Origin: an uncultured Candidatus Binatia bacterium
GTDB taxonomy: Bacteria; Desulfobacterota; Binatia; UBA9968; JAJDTQ01
Length of the DNA stretch: 64,000 bases
Direction of reading: 5' to 3'
NCBI GenBank assembly: GCA_965242525.1
Contig: OZ251459.1
Coordinates: forward strand, 672,001 to 736,000
In this document: one piece after another, positions 50,473 through 60,925 of the stretch
How positions within the stretch are numbered: the first letter of the stretch is position 1
How the letters are laid out: every line of letters starts with the position of its first letter
Notes under the pieces: model-generated
What the model saw: only the letters and a program-made list of their open reading frames with translations
Told to the model about the DNA's origin: nothing
The model's database searches: none
Translations under genes and position numbers: made by a program

Positions 50473-51447
50473 CTATTCGTCCCGGGCCAGGGCCACCACG
50501 CGCTTGCGCTGTTCCTGGGCGCCCAGGGGCATGAGCAGCGGCAGGTCCAGGCCGCCCCGGACGAACTCGTCCAGGCGCCGGCGGCAGTCCTTGGGGGTCC
50601 CGGAAAGGGAGTGGGCGTGGACCACCTCGTCGCTGATGAGGCCCTTTGCTTCGTCCCAGTCCCTTCGGCCCACCGCGTCCGCCAAGCGCTCCCGGTCCAC
50701 CGCGCCGCCGCCGAGCCGGATGTTCTCCTCGTGGTGCGGGTTGCGGAAGATGTAGGCCAGGAAGGTCCGGGCCGCATCCATGGCTTCCCGCGGGTCGTCC
50801 GCCACCGAGGCCGCGATGAAGCCCGCCGCCTTCCGCCCGCTCGGCGCGCCGGCGCGGGATTCGCCCTTGCGGAACTCCCGGACGCAGCGTTCGATGTAGG
50901 CGGGCGTGCAGCCCGCGGACAGGAGCACGCCGTCGCCCATCTCGCCGGCCAGGCGCAGCATCCGGGGGCGCACCGCGGTCATGTAGATGGGGATGGGGCT
51001 CCCCGGTGTGAGCCCCATGCGGGCTCCCCGGAAGGTGAAGACCTCGCCGTGGAACTCCACGGTCTCCCCCGCCAGCAGCCGGCGCAGCACCGTCATGTAC
51101 TCGCGCATGGTATCGATCATCCGGTCGGCGTCGATGCCGATCTCCCGGAGGGCGGTGGGATTGGCTGTGCCCGCGGTGGCCGCCACCCTGCCGGGCGCGA
51201 ACTCGTCCATGGTGGCCAGCGCCATGGCGGTGACCATGGGGTGCCGCGTGTAGGGGCTCAGGGGAGCGGGGTTCACCGTGATGCGCCGCGTGGCCCCGAG
51301 GAGGGCGGTGGCCGAAGCGATGGAGTCCCGGAAGCAGATGTGGTCGGACATCCAGATGGAATCCATGCCGGTCTCGTCCGCCATCCGCGCCAGCTCGATC
51401 ATCTCCCGGATCGAATAGAAACCGTCGAAGCACAGTCCGGCGTTCAT
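50473..51447 (-). CDS. LLM class flavin-dependent oxidoreductase (Mer-like)
   Basis: SIWMSDH, PYTRHP, LRLAGEMGDGV. Confidence 0.88.
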   Translation of the reverse strand: MNAGLCFDGFYSIREMIELARMADETGMDSIWMSDHICFRDSIASATALLGATRRITVNPAPLSPYTRHPMVTAMALATMDEFAPGRVAATAGTANPTALREIGIDADRMIDTMREYMTVLRRLLAGETVEFHGEVFTFRGARMGLTPGSPIPIYMTAVRPRMLRLAGEMGDGVLLSAGCTPAYIERCVREFRKGESRAGAPSGRKAAGFIAASVADDPREAMDAARTFLAYIFRNPHHEENIRLGGGAVDRERLADAVGRRDWDEAKGLISDEVVHAHSLSGTPKDCRRRLDEFVRGGLDLPLLMPLGAQEQRKRVVALARDE

Positions 51448-51505
51448 GGGTCAACTCCCGGTTATCGGGTGGGCCAACGCGCCGCGGTCTCCGAGCGCTC
51501 GCGCC

Positions 51506-52960
51506 TCAGAGCGCGTTGGATCGCCACAACTCCAGGCTGCGGAGGATGGCGCTCTCCAGCCAGGGGAGAAAACGCTCCTCTGCCTCCTGTTGCGATTCCT
51601 TGTAGTTGATCTGGAACACCTCGTCCGTCACCGGAGTCACCGGTCCGGGTTCGCTTTGCCCATCTCCCGTTTCCACCCGCTGGAACCAGGTGGCGGAACA
51701 GGCCAGCACTCCCCGGAACTCGTGTCCGACGCCATGGAACGCGATCAGCAGTTCCGTCTGGTTGGCGTTCCTGATGACCAAGCGCGACCATGCGCGGTAG
51801 ATTTGCGTGTTGACGAAATAACCCAGTATTTTTGCGGTCTCGATGATCTGGTTGCGATAGTAGTGGCTTCGTTCGTCGTCCACGGCGCTGTCCGCGGAGA
51901 ACTCGGCGTGCTCGAGAACGTCTTGCGTGGTCGCGCGTAGTTTGTCGGCCACTTCGTCGAGACGCCGTTTGGACAGGCGGCACAGATGGGCGGCGACGGA
52001 CTTCACGGATTCCTGCTCGGGCATGAGTGAATCCCGGCGTCTTGCCAACTGCCGCCCGATGGACTTGATGGCGTCATCCACGCGGCGGGATTCGAGCACG
52101 TCTTCGGAGATGCCGAGGGCGCCCATGAATGCGTCTTTTTGCAGGCCGGCAAAATACTCTACCAAATCCGCCAGGTTTCCGGCGTCCCCGGCTTCCAGGG
52201 CGTCGATATAGCGCGCCCGGTCCCGGTTCCGGACCACCAGCGGAAACCATCCTGCCTTGACGAACACCAGGGTCGCCAGGGCGCGGGCGATGCGCCCGTT
52301 GCCGTCCTGGAAGGGGTGTATCCGGGTGAAGCGATGGTGCAGCCATGCGGCCTCCACTTCCGGAGCGACGTCGCCGTGACCCAGATGCATTGCGATGAGC
52401 CGCTCCATCTCCGAGGCGACGTGTTCGGGCGGGCAGTAGTGGTGCACTGTTCCGTCGGGGCGCACAGGATTGTTGGGCTGGAGTTTGTAGTCCCCGCGGC
52501 GGAGAGGAACCCGTATCTCCCTGCCGAAGGCGTCCACGCCCTCCACCGTCTCCTGATGCCGCGTCATCAGGGCGTGCAACTCCTTGACGTAGCCGGTGGA
52601 CAGCGAGCGGACGCCTTTGACGAACTCGAACACGCCCTCTACCGCTTCTCGATGGTCCTCGATCATCGACACGACGGAATCCGGGTCCCGTGTGCTCTCG
52701 TGCGGAATCAGCGCGGCCTTGACGCCGTGCTCGATCAACAGTTCCGTGACGCCCCGATCGAGGGTGTAGAGCCGCTCGATCAACCCGGTCTCGATGGCCC
52801 ATTCGCGTTTCAGACGCTCCTCGAAGCGCCGGAAGGCGTCTCCCTGGGCCAGCCGTTGGCGCTGCTCCCGCCAGACTTGGGAGAGAGCGCGCAACTCGGC
52901 GCGGGCGAGTTGCGCGGGCGGCGTCTCGTAGTCCCGGATTTCCGTCCAGTCGTGCGCCAT
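51506..52960 (-). CDS. Fic family protein
   Basis: HPFQDGNGRIAR; WAIETGLIE; start 52960 or 52987. Confidence 0.9.
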   Translation of the reverse strand: MAHDWTEIRDYETPPAQLARAELRALSQVWREQRQRLAQGDAFRRFEERLKREWAIETGLIERLYTLDRGVTELLIEHGVKAALIPHESTRDPDSVVSMIEDHREAVEGVFEFVKGVRSLSTGYVKELHALMTRHQETVEGVDAFGREIRVPLRRGDYKLQPNNPVRPDGTVHHYCPPEHVASEMERLIAMHLGHGDVAPEVEAAWLHHRFTRIHPFQDGNGRIARALATLVFVKAGWFPLVVRNRDRARYIDALEAGDAGNLADLVEYFAGLQKDAFMGALGISEDVLESRRVDDAIKSIGRQLARRRDSLMPEQESVKSVAAHLCRLSKRRLDEVADKLRATTQDVLEHAEFSADSAVDDERSHYYRNQIIETAKILGYFVNTQIYRAWSRLVIRNANQTELLIAFHGVGHEFRGVLACSATWFQRVETGDGQSEPGPVTPVTDEVFQINYKESQQEAEERFLPWLESAILRSLELWRSNAL

Positions 52961-53066
52961 GGTGTTCAGGGTCTCCCTATAGCGCATCGCTACGGATGGG
53001 AGAAGACATTGCGCGGGCTTGGCCTCGACGGCGGCGTCGCACCACGCATCCCGGCCCCCGAACATC

Positions 53067-53229
53067 AGGAACGTCTGATCGATTCCGGCTGGAATTTCCT
53101 CTCCCTGTGGGAAAGCGCGTCCTTCGACTCTGCTCCGCTACGCTCAGGATGAATGGAGGACTTCGCTTCGCTACGCTCAGGACGAACGGGGTAATCGTTC
53201 AGAAATGGGGTAATCGTTCAGGGTTTCCC
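53067..53229. repeat. REP-MITE family copy
   Basis: AGGAACGTCTG...CAGGGTTTCCC ends, TC on both sides, two REP units. Confidence 0.75.
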
Positions 53230-54339
53230 TCAACGGAACCCATGCGCCAGGATGGCCTGCAGGTCCGCGGCCGCGGCGTCCCGGAGTCCCATCCGTTCCA
53301 GGGTCAGGCCGTCGCGACGGTAGTCCCGGCGGTTGATTTCCGAGGCCAGGGTGACGAGGGCGTCGATGGCGGGGGTCTCGACTCCCAGGAGCCTGCCCAG
53401 TTCGGCCATGGGCACGAGGCCGTAGGCCACGTCTTCGTGCAGGTAGCGGTGGTCGTGGCTCGTGGGTGCGGCGATGGTCCGGTTGGGCCCGCTTTCCCGG
53501 ATGGCCCGGAAGACCGAGCCGCTTCGGAGGGCGGCTTCGGAGGTCAGCCCCGCGGCGTGGAAGATCTCGACGAAAGTGCGCTGCGGCAGGTCCAGCCCGC
53601 GCACGATGGCCAAGCGTTCCCGGTCCACCGCCTCCATGAGGCGCGCCACCGCGGGCGAGACCGCTTGCCCGTAGAACGACAGATCGCCGGTGTGCTGCTC
53701 GATCCAGCCCGCGTTGGCCACCATGCCCGCGGGATGCATGACGGCGTTGATGTTGGACAGGCCGGTCTCCATGACGTTCTCCGCGGCCGCCACGTTGGGG
53801 AACGCCGCGGCGACCTCGGGCAGGACGTCCGGCGCGAGCTCCCCGGGGAACGCCGCGCACAGGAGGTTCGTGGTGCGCCGATAGACCTCCACCCGGGCCG
53901 GGCCGGCCATGCGGCAGATGCAGGTGAGGGTGACCGTTTCGCAGCACCGCACCGGGCGCTCGCAGCCGGCCCGCCGAAGCTCGCGCACGAAGTGCAGGCT
54001 GCCCCCGGTCTGTCCCGGGTTCAGGTGCACGATGGGGTCCTCGCCCAGGAGCGGCGCCAGGGCGCGGGCCAGGAAGCCGTGGGCCACGGCCGGGACCGCG
54101 GCCACGACCAGGTCCGCGCCGGCCACGGCCTCGTCCAGCGCCGACGTCACCAACTGGGGGCGGGCGAAGGCCTCCCTGCCTTGCTCCACCAGCTCGATGC
54201 CGCCGCGGCGCCGGATGGGTTCCAGGGTCCGCTCGGAACGGGAATAGAGCCGGGTCTCGAACCCCCGGATGGCCAGGTCCGCGGCGGTGGCGCAGCCGCC
54301 GTTGCCCGCCCCGAGGACGGCCACCTTGCTGACGGTCAT
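53230..54339 (-). CDS. Opine (octopine/nopaline) dehydrogenase family
   Basis: VLGAGNGG, NAVMHP, HRYLHEDVAYGLVP. Confidence 0.9.
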   Translation of the reverse strand: MTVSKVAVLGAGNGGCATAADLAIRGFETRLYSRSERTLEPIRRRGGIELVEQGREAFARPQLVTSALDEAVAGADLVVAAVPAVAHGFLARALAPLLGEDPIVHLNPGQTGGSLHFVRELRRAGCERPVRCCETVTLTCICRMAGPARVEVYRRTTNLLCAAFPGELAPDVLPEVAAAFPNVAAAENVMETGLSNINAVMHPAGMVANAGWIEQHTGDLSFYGQAVSPAVARLMEAVDRERLAIVRGLDLPQRTFVEIFHAAGLTSEAALRSGSVFRAIRESGPNRTIAAPTSHDHRYLHEDVAYGLVPMAELGRLLGVETPAIDALVTLASEINRRDYRRDGLTLERMGLRDAAAADLQAILAHGFR

Positions 54340-54354
54340 GGCGGCGCCACGGAC

Positions 54355-55515
54355 TCAGCCCCGGTCCAGCCGGTAACGCTCCACCTTCTCTTCGTCCAGC
54401 TCGACGCCCAGCCCCGGCCGGTGGGGGACCTTGACCGCGCCGTCGGCGAACTCGAACGGCTCGGTGACGATGTCGTCCTTGTAGTAGATGCCCGCGGTGC
54501 GCCCCGCGGCTTCCGCGTCCGGGGTGGTGACCGGTATGACGCAGGCCAGGTTCACCGCCCCGGTGGAGGCGGCCAAGTGGACGTTGGCGGCGTTGCCCAC
54601 CCCCATCTCCACCGAGCCGTTGACGTTGCACGGGAACCCCGCGGCCTCGGCGATGGCGGCCACCTTCCTGGCCTTGAGCAGGCCGCCGGGCTTGGTTGCG
54701 TAGATGGAGATGATGTCCGCGGCCCTCTTCTCGATGATCTCCAGCACGTCCCAGGTGGTCCAGGCGCTCTCGTCGGCCATGATCGGCGTGTCCACTCTCC
54801 GGGTGACCTCGGCCATGGCGTCCAGCCCCTCCACCGGTTGCTCCATGTAGAGTATGCCGTATGGCTCCATGGCCCGGGTGGTCTGCACCGCTTCCTTGGC
54901 GGACCGGTAGCCGTTGTTGGCGTCCACGGTCAGGTTCATCTCCGGTCCCAGCGCTTCCCGGACGCGCCGGAGCAGCTCGACGTCCCGCCCAGGCTCCACG
55001 CCTCCCTTGAGCTTGATGGTCTTGATCCCTTCCGCCTTCACGCGCAGCACTTCGTCCACCGCCTCGTCCATGTCCATGAGCCCGATGCTGTGGGAGACGG
55101 GGACCGATTCCCGGTACATCCCTCCCAGGAGCTGGTAGGCCGGCACTCCCGCGGCCTTGCCCGCCACGTCGTGGAGGGCCATGTCGATGGCCGCCTTGGA
55201 GTAGGGGTATCCCTTGACGGCCCGGTCCATCAGGGTGTGGAGCCACTCGATGCGCCGCGGGTCCTCGCCCGCGAGGCTCGGCGCCAGGATGTCCCGGATG
55301 ACGTTGGCCGCGGAGGAGGGGGTCTCGCCGTAATACCGCATGTGGTCGCCGCCCCAGTCCTTGAGGGCCGGGGCTTCGCCCAGGCCGGTCCAGCCGTCGT
55401 CGGTCTCCAGCCTGACCAGGAGATAGACGCCGATGGGCGTCTTGAGGTTCGCCCACTGGTGGGGCCGCCGCGTCGGCAGCCTGACGGGGATGGTCTCGAT
55501 GGACTGGATCTTCAT
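54355..55515 (-). CDS. Muconate cycloisomerase-like enolase superfamily enzyme
   Basis: KLKGG, VDANNG, MEQP, MADES. Confidence 0.88.
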   Translation of the reverse strand: MKIQSIETIPVRLPTRRPHQWANLKTPIGVYLLVRLETDDGWTGLGEAPALKDWGGDHMRYYGETPSSAANVIRDILAPSLAGEDPRRIEWLHTLMDRAVKGYPYSKAAIDMALHDVAGKAAGVPAYQLLGGMYRESVPVSHSIGLMDMDEAVDEVLRVKAEGIKTIKLKGGVEPGRDVELLRRVREALGPEMNLTVDANNGYRSAKEAVQTTRAMEPYGILYMEQPVEGLDAMAEVTRRVDTPIMADESAWTTWDVLEIIEKRAADIISIYATKPGGLLKARKVAAIAEAAGFPCNVNGSVEMGVGNAANVHLAASTGAVNLACVIPVTTPDAEAAGRTAGIYYKDDIVTEPFEFADGAVKVPHRPGLGVELDEEKVERYRLDRG

Positions 55516-55548
55516 CTTCGCTCCGATGGGCGGGTCCGCTCGCCGCGG

Positions 55549-56661
55549 TCAGCCGACCTCCATGAGCCTGTCGGTGGCGGTGACGTCCGAGAGCAGCTCG
55601 CACCCGTCCCGGGTCACCAGCAGCATGTCCTTGTTCTGGAGCCCCATGCGCCCGGGGATATAGACCAGGGGCTCGATGGCCAGCACCATGCCCTGCTCCA
55701 GCGTCTTCTCGCCGTACCGCCCCAGGTAGGGTTCCTCGTGGAGGAACACGCCGATGCCGTGGCCCACGAAGCTGATGGGCGCCAGGCCCAGCTCGTCGAA
55801 CTTCTCCAGGAACCGTTGGTACACGGCCCTGGCGTGGGCCCCGGGCCGGACCAGGTCCATGACCAGACGCTTGCACTCGATCAGGTTGTCCCAGATGCGC
55901 GCCTGCTCCGGGGTCGGCCGGCCCACCACCGCGGTGCGGCACACGCCCGCGTGGTAACCGTCGATGACCCCGAAGACCTCCATGCGGATCAGGTCCCCCT
56001 CCCGGAGCGTCCTGTGGGTGGGACCCACGTTGGGGAACTGGCTGCGCTCGCCCGAGGCCACGATCAGGAGCCGGAAGTCCTGCGCCCCCAGGGAAAAGAG
56101 CCGGCCCGTGAGCTCGCCGGCCATCTCCAACTCGCTCATGCCCGGACCACCGCGGGCCAGGGTCTCGCCGATGGCCCGGTCGGTGATGCGGCTCAGGGTG
56201 CGCAGCCGCTCGACCTCCCGCTCGGTCTTGACCTGGCGGAGGTCCCGGAACAACTCGTCCGCGGCCACCAACTCGGCCCCGGGCAGTCGGCGGCGCAGGG
56301 TGGCGAAGTCCCCCGCGGGCAGGTGCTCCATCTCCACGCCGACCGCGCCCGCGGCCAAGCCCCGGTCCTCCAGGGCGTCGGCCGCCTCCTGCATGGGATC
56401 GTCCATGAACTCCCGGTAAACCCGTATGTCGTCGAAGGCGGCGTGGGCCCTGACCGTGGTCTCCTCCATGTCGATGGCCACCATGGTGGTGTGGCCGGAC
56501 GGCTCCACCATGCACAGGGCGTGACGCCAGCGCATGAGTCGTTGCGAGGGCGCCACCAGACCCGCGGTGTACGTCAGGTTCTCGGGCGAGCTCGCGACCA
56601 GAGCGTCCAACCCCCGCTCCGCCATGGCCTTCCGCTGCTTGGCAATTACGTCGTCGTCCAT
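55549..56661 (-). CDS. M24 Xaa-Pro peptidase family protein
   Basis: Creatinase-like N-domain, GHGIG..HEEP, AIEP; some metal ligands divergent. Confidence 0.85.
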   Translation of the reverse strand: MDDDVIAKQRKAMAERGLDALVASSPENLTYTAGLVAPSQRLMRWRHALCMVEPSGHTTMVAIDMEETTVRAHAAFDDIRVYREFMDDPMQEAADALEDRGLAAGAVGVEMEHLPAGDFATLRRRLPGAELVAADELFRDLRQVKTEREVERLRTLSRITDRAIGETLARGGPGMSELEMAGELTGRLFSLGAQDFRLLIVASGERSQFPNVGPTHRTLREGDLIRMEVFGVIDGYHAGVCRTAVVGRPTPEQARIWDNLIECKRLVMDLVRPGAHARAVYQRFLEKFDELGLAPISFVGHGIGVFLHEEPYLGRYGEKTLEQGMVLAIEPLVYIPGRMGLQNKDMLLVTRDGCELLSDVTATDRLMEVG

Positions 56662-56677
56662 GGGGTCACCATCGCCG

Positions 56678-57075
56678 GCGTCCTTCGACTTCGCTTCGCT
56701 ACGCTCAGGACGAACGGGAATTTTCCCGTTTCTATGCCTCCTTCGATTCCGCCTCGCTACGCTCGATACGAACGGGAATCTTCCCGTTGCTAGGGGTCCT
56801 TCGACTCCGCTTGCGCTGCGCTGGGACGAACGGGGAGCCGTGGTTCAGGGTTCCTTTACAGCAAGGTTTCCTTCGGGAACCTCTGAACGATCGAGACATC
56901 CAGGATGGATTCCCTCTCCTGACCCCTGTCTCCGTTCGTCCTGAGCGTAGCGCAAGCGGAGTCCTCCGTTCATCCTGAGCGTAGCGAAGTGGAGTCCCCC
57001 GTTCATCCTGAGCGTAGCGAAGCGGAGTCGAAGGACGCGCTCATGCCCCTTGTCCCGATTTTCCAGAGGTTTCCT
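56678..57075. repeat. Cluster of REP-MITE family copies
   Basis: Several REP units in both orientations; complete element at 56875-57075. Confidence 0.8.
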
Positions 57076-57226
57076 TTACAACATCGCGGCCCTGCTGCCT
57101 ATCCGCGTCCGCGCCTTGCCGAACCCTTCTCAAAGCGCGTCCGATCGTATAGGGAAGGAAGGGTGGCGGGTCGGCGTCGCGCGGGCCGGCCGCACAGTTC
57201 ATCCGCGGGGAGGGAAACAACGGGAA

Positions 57227-58315
57227 ATGCTGCTCATCAACAACCGGGAAGTGGAAGAGCTGATGGACATGAAAGCCTGTCTCGAAGCGTTGGAGACGGG
57301 CTACGACGACCTCGCCCGCAACGACGCGGTCTATCGCCCGCGGCTCGACGTGTGGGCGCCCTGCGAGCGTCCGGACGGGTATTACCGATGGGGCACCATG
57401 GAGGGGGCCAGCCGCACGATCGGCACGTTCGCCATCCGCATGAAGTCGGACGTGGTCCATTGGCCCGGCGGCGACACCGAGGAGAAGTACTGCATGGAGC
57501 CGGGCAACTACTGCGGCCTCATCATGGTGTTCCGCATCGCCAACGGCGAGCCCCTGGCCATCATCAACGACGGCGTGCTCCAGCACATGCGGGTGGGGGG
57601 CTGCGCCGGGCTGGGGGTGAAGCACCTGGCCCGGGAGGACGCCGCGGTGGTGGGCATGTTCGGCTCGGGGGGCATGGCGCGGACCTACCTCATGGCGTTC
57701 CACGAGGTCCGCTCCCTGGAGGAAGTCCGGGTGTACAGCCCCACCCGGGCCAACCGGGAGGCCTACGCCAACGAGATGGGCGAGAGCCTGGGCATCAAGG
57801 TCGTGGCGGTGGACCGGCCGGAGGACGTGGTGCGGGGCGCGGACATCGTGTCCGCCTGCACGGACTCCACCCGGGTGGTCTTCGACAACCCCGAATGGCT
57901 CAAGCGCGGCGCCCACATCACCTGCGTCCGCTCGTGCGAGATCGGTCCCCGGGCGGTGAAGGCGTGCGACGTCTCGGTCAAGCTCGGACGCAACACCATG
58001 GTGCAGCTCGACGAGGGCATGGTGCGGCTCCACGGGAACGTGGGCTACGTGGCCGGACAGCCCGAGGAGATCGCGCGCATCCCCAACCCCACGGTGGACA
58101 ACTACACCGGGGACTACTTCGACTACTTCATGGACGTGAAGCTCGGCCGGAAGCCGGGGCGCACCAGCCCGGACCAGACCACTTTCTTCATCAACGCGGG
58201 CACCCAGGGGCTCCAGTTCGCGGCGTGCGCGGGGCGCGTCTATCAGATGGCCCGGGAGAAGGGCGTGGGGCGCGAGCTGCCCACCGAATGGTTCACCCAG
58301 GACATCCGGGACTAG
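57227..58315 (+). CDS. Ornithine cyclodeaminase/mu-crystallin family
   Basis: MRVG, MFGSGGMA, VYSPT, ADIVSACT. Confidence 0.88.
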   Translation: MLLINNREVEELMDMKACLEALETGYDDLARNDAVYRPRLDVWAPCERPDGYYRWGTMEGASRTIGTFAIRMKSDVVHWPGGDTEEKYCMEPGNYCGLIMVFRIANGEPLAIINDGVLQHMRVGGCAGLGVKHLAREDAAVVGMFGSGGMARTYLMAFHEVRSLEEVRVYSPTRANREAYANEMGESLGIKVVAVDRPEDVVRGADIVSACTDSTRVVFDNPEWLKRGAHITCVRSCEIGPRAVKACDVSVKLGRNTMVQLDEGMVRLHGNVGYVAGQPEEIARIPNPTVDNYTGDYFDYFMDVKLGRKPGRTSPDQTTFFINAGTQGLQFAACAGRVYQMAREKGVGRELPTEWFTQDIRD

Positions 58316-58329
58316 CGGGGCGCGGCCGC

Positions 58330-59457
58330 CTGCCCGCGGCGCGCTTCCTCGTCGTGGTCCTTGCCGCGCTGCTCGGCGGCTGCGGGTTGGCGCAGCCGCC
58401 TGCGGCCCCGAAGGCGCCGGAGGAAGTCGGCGACGACCTGGACGCCCGGTCGCTGCGCACGGCCGTGGTCGAAAGCCTGCGGTTCCTCGACCGCGTGCCT
58501 CCGGGACGGCTCCTGAGCCAATGGCCCCGGAGGACGACCGCGGCGGACGTGCGGGCGACCCTGACGGAGTTCCTGGAGATCCTGGACGAGCCGCGGGAAC
58601 CGGGGGCGAGTTGGGCGGACCGCGCGGCGGAACGGTTCGAATTCTTTCCCGCTCCGCTGGGTCCCGCCCGTGCGGACCCGCTGTTCACCGGCTACTACCA
58701 GCCGGTCATCGACGCAAGCCCGGTGGAGACCGACGGTTACCGCTACCCCGTGTACCGGGAGCCGGACGAGCTGCGCGCCGGTTCCGGTTCGGCGGGCAAG
58801 GCGCCGGGGTACTCCCGCCGCCACATCGACGTGCTGGGGAGCCTCCGGGGCAAGGGTTACGAGATCGCCTGGCTGCGGGACCCGGTGGACCGCTTCTTCC
58901 TGCACGTCCAGGGATCGGGGCTGCTGCGCATGACCGACGGGCGCGAGACCCCGCTCAACTTCGCCGCCTCCAACGGCAGGCCCTACACCAGCATCGGCAA
59001 GGTCCTCATCGACGAGGGCAAGCTCGACCGGGAGTCCATGTCCATGCAGCGGCTCCGCCGTTACCTCGCGGAGTTCCCGGAGGAGCGCGAGGCCTTGTTC
59101 GCGCGCAACGAGCGCTACGTCTTCTTCCGGCTGGGGGAGGAGGGACCCATCGGGAGCCTCGGCGTCCCCCTCACCGCCGGGCGCTCGGTGGCCACGGACC
59201 CCACGGTCTATCCCAGGGGCGCGCTCCTGTTCATGGAGACCGGGACCCCGGTGGTGGACCGGCGCGGGGAGCTGGCGGGTTGGCGCCCGGTGCGGCGGTT
59301 CGTGCTCAACCAGGACACGGGCGCGGCCATCCGCGGTCCGGCCCGGGTGGACCTCTATTTCGGAAGCGGCCCCGCGGCGGGGGCCCGGGCCGGGTACATG
59401 AAGAGCAGGGGAAAGCTCTATCTCCTGGCGAAGCGAGGACCGGCGCCGTCCGGTTGA
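58330..59457 (+). CDS. mltA: Membrane-bound lytic murein transglycosylase MltA
   Basis: Lipobox LGGC, FTGYYQP, FFLHVQGSG, QDTGAAIRG..RVDLYFG; start uncertain. Confidence 0.9.
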   Translation: MPAARFLVVVLAALLGGCGLAQPPAAPKAPEEVGDDLDARSLRTAVVESLRFLDRVPPGRLLSQWPRRTTAADVRATLTEFLEILDEPREPGASWADRAAERFEFFPAPLGPARADPLFTGYYQPVIDASPVETDGYRYPVYREPDELRAGSGSAGKAPGYSRRHIDVLGSLRGKGYEIAWLRDPVDRFFLHVQGSGLLRMTDGRETPLNFAASNGRPYTSIGKVLIDEGKLDRESMSMQRLRRYLAEFPEEREALFARNERYVFFRLGEEGPIGSLGVPLTAGRSVATDPTVYPRGALLFMETGTPVVDRRGELAGWRPVRRFVLNQDTGAAIRGPARVDLYFGSGPAAGARAGYMKSRGKLYLLAKRGPAPSG

Positions 59458-59473
59458 ACGGCGCCGCGGCTTG

Positions 59474-59677
59474 GGGGAACCTCTGAACAATCGGGACAGG
59501 TGGCATGAGCGCGTCCTTCGACTCCGCTCCGCTACGCTCAGGACGAACGGAGGACTCTGCTACGCTACGCTCAGGATGAGCGGGGGACTCCGCTCAGCTA
59601 CGCTCAGGATGAACGGGGGATAAGGGGTCAGGATGAGGGAATCCATCCTGGATGTCCCGATTGTTCGGAGGTTCCCC
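59474..59677. mobile_element. REP-MITE family, best-preserved copy
   Basis: ~24-bp TIR GGGAACCTCTGAACAATCGGGACA / TGTCCCGATTGTTCGGAGGTTCCC, three REP units. Confidence 0.8.
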
Positions 59678-59701
59678 TGGTAGAACGACAGGGAGGTTGC
59701 A

Positions 59702-60790
59702 ATGGCACAAGTCTTGTTGCTGGGACCCGATGACATGAGCGGGCTCATCACCATGAAGGAAGCGGTGGACGCCATGGAGCGGGGGTACCGGGACTGGGCG
59801 GCGAACCGGGAGGTGGCCGCGGTGCGGCGGCGGGTGCACGCGCCATCCGGGGCCCGGGTCACGGTGCACCAGGGCGCTCCGTACTCCGCGGGCTCCACCG
59901 GCATACTGACCCACTGCGAGCAGGTGGTGATCCACGACGACGGCATCCAGACCTACGCCACCCGGGGGCGGCCGGTACGGGTCATGTTCGACTCCGGCAA
60001 CTCCGAGCTCAAGGCCATCACCGTGGGCGAGCTGCGGGTCCGGGAATTGCCCGAGGCCAACAACGTGGTGAACGTGCAGACGGCGTGCTCCACCGCGGTG
60101 GGCATCAAGCACTTGGCGCGCCAGAGCTCCAGGGTAGTCGGCGTGCTGGGCTCCCGGGCCCAGGCCGAGTGCCAGTTGACCGCGTGCAAGGCGGTGGTTC
60201 CGGGCCTGCAGGAAGCCCGGGTCTATAGCCCCAACCCGGACAACCGCACCCGGTTCGCCGCCAGGATGACCGAGCTCCTGGACATGGAAGTGCGGCCGGT
60301 CAGCACCTCGCGCGAGGCGGTGCAGGGGGTGGACGTGCTGCTGTCCGTGACCAACTCCAACGTGCCGACCTTCGAAGGCGACTGGCTCGAGCCGGGGGCG
60401 CACCTGTGCTCTATCGTCTCCAGCAACATCGGCCTGTTGCGCGGCGGCTTCATCCGGCAGAAGCGGCGCGAGGTGGACGACGCCACCCTGAAGCGCTGCG
60501 ACATCATCGTCTGCAACTCCAAGAAGCAGGAGATCCTGGACGAACCCGGAGTCCTGTGGGACCCGGTCCAGCAGGGCGTCATCACCTGGGACGACGTGTG
60601 GGACCTGGGCGAACTGCTGGCCGGACAGGTCCCGGGCCGGACCTCGGAGGAGCAGATCAGCTTCTACAAGAACAACGCCTTCTGGGGCGTGGGCGACCAG
60701 GCCATCGGCCAGCTCCTCTACGACCGTGCGGTGGAAAAGGGGCTGGGCACCTGGCTGCCCATCGACGGCGCCGAGTACCGGGAGTCGTAG
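59702..60790 (+). CDS. Ornithine cyclodeaminase/mu-crystallin family (second paralog)
   Basis: VLGSRAQA, VYSPN, GRTSEEQISFYKN. Confidence 0.85.
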   Translation: MAQVLLLGPDDMSGLITMKEAVDAMERGYRDWAANREVAAVRRRVHAPSGARVTVHQGAPYSAGSTGILTHCEQVVIHDDGIQTYATRGRPVRVMFDSGNSELKAITVGELRVRELPEANNVVNVQTACSTAVGIKHLARQSSRVVGVLGSRAQAECQLTACKAVVPGLQEARVYSPNPDNRTRFAARMTELLDMEVRPVSTSREAVQGVDVLLSVTNSNVPTFEGDWLEPGAHLCSIVSSNIGLLRGGFIRQKRREVDDATLKRCDIIVCNSKKQEILDEPGVLWDPVQQGVITWDDVWDLGELLAGQVPGRTSEEQISFYKNNAFWGVGDQAIGQLLYDRAVEKGLGTWLPIDGAEYRES

Positions 60791-60831
60791 CCCCGGCGGC
60801 CGAGGCCCGTGCGCGACAACCGTCCGAATCC

Positions 60832-60921
60832 CCGTTCGTCCTGAGCGTAGCGAAGCGAAGTCGAAGGACGCGCTTTCCCATGGGGAGCGGGAAGTCGAGC
60901 CGGAATCGAACAGACGTCCCC
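60832..60921. repeat. REP-MITE family partial copy
   Basis: REP core plus CAGACGTCCC end. Confidence 0.7.
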
Positions 60922-60925
60922 GAAC

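Noticed and set aside
52996-56793. Very long alternative-frame or antisense ORFs (e.g. 52996-56793, 53177-56515, 7995-10622, 29038-32130)
   Set aside because: Shadow ORFs of high-GC genes; Arg/Gly/Pro-rich with no motifs, overlapping well-supported CDS
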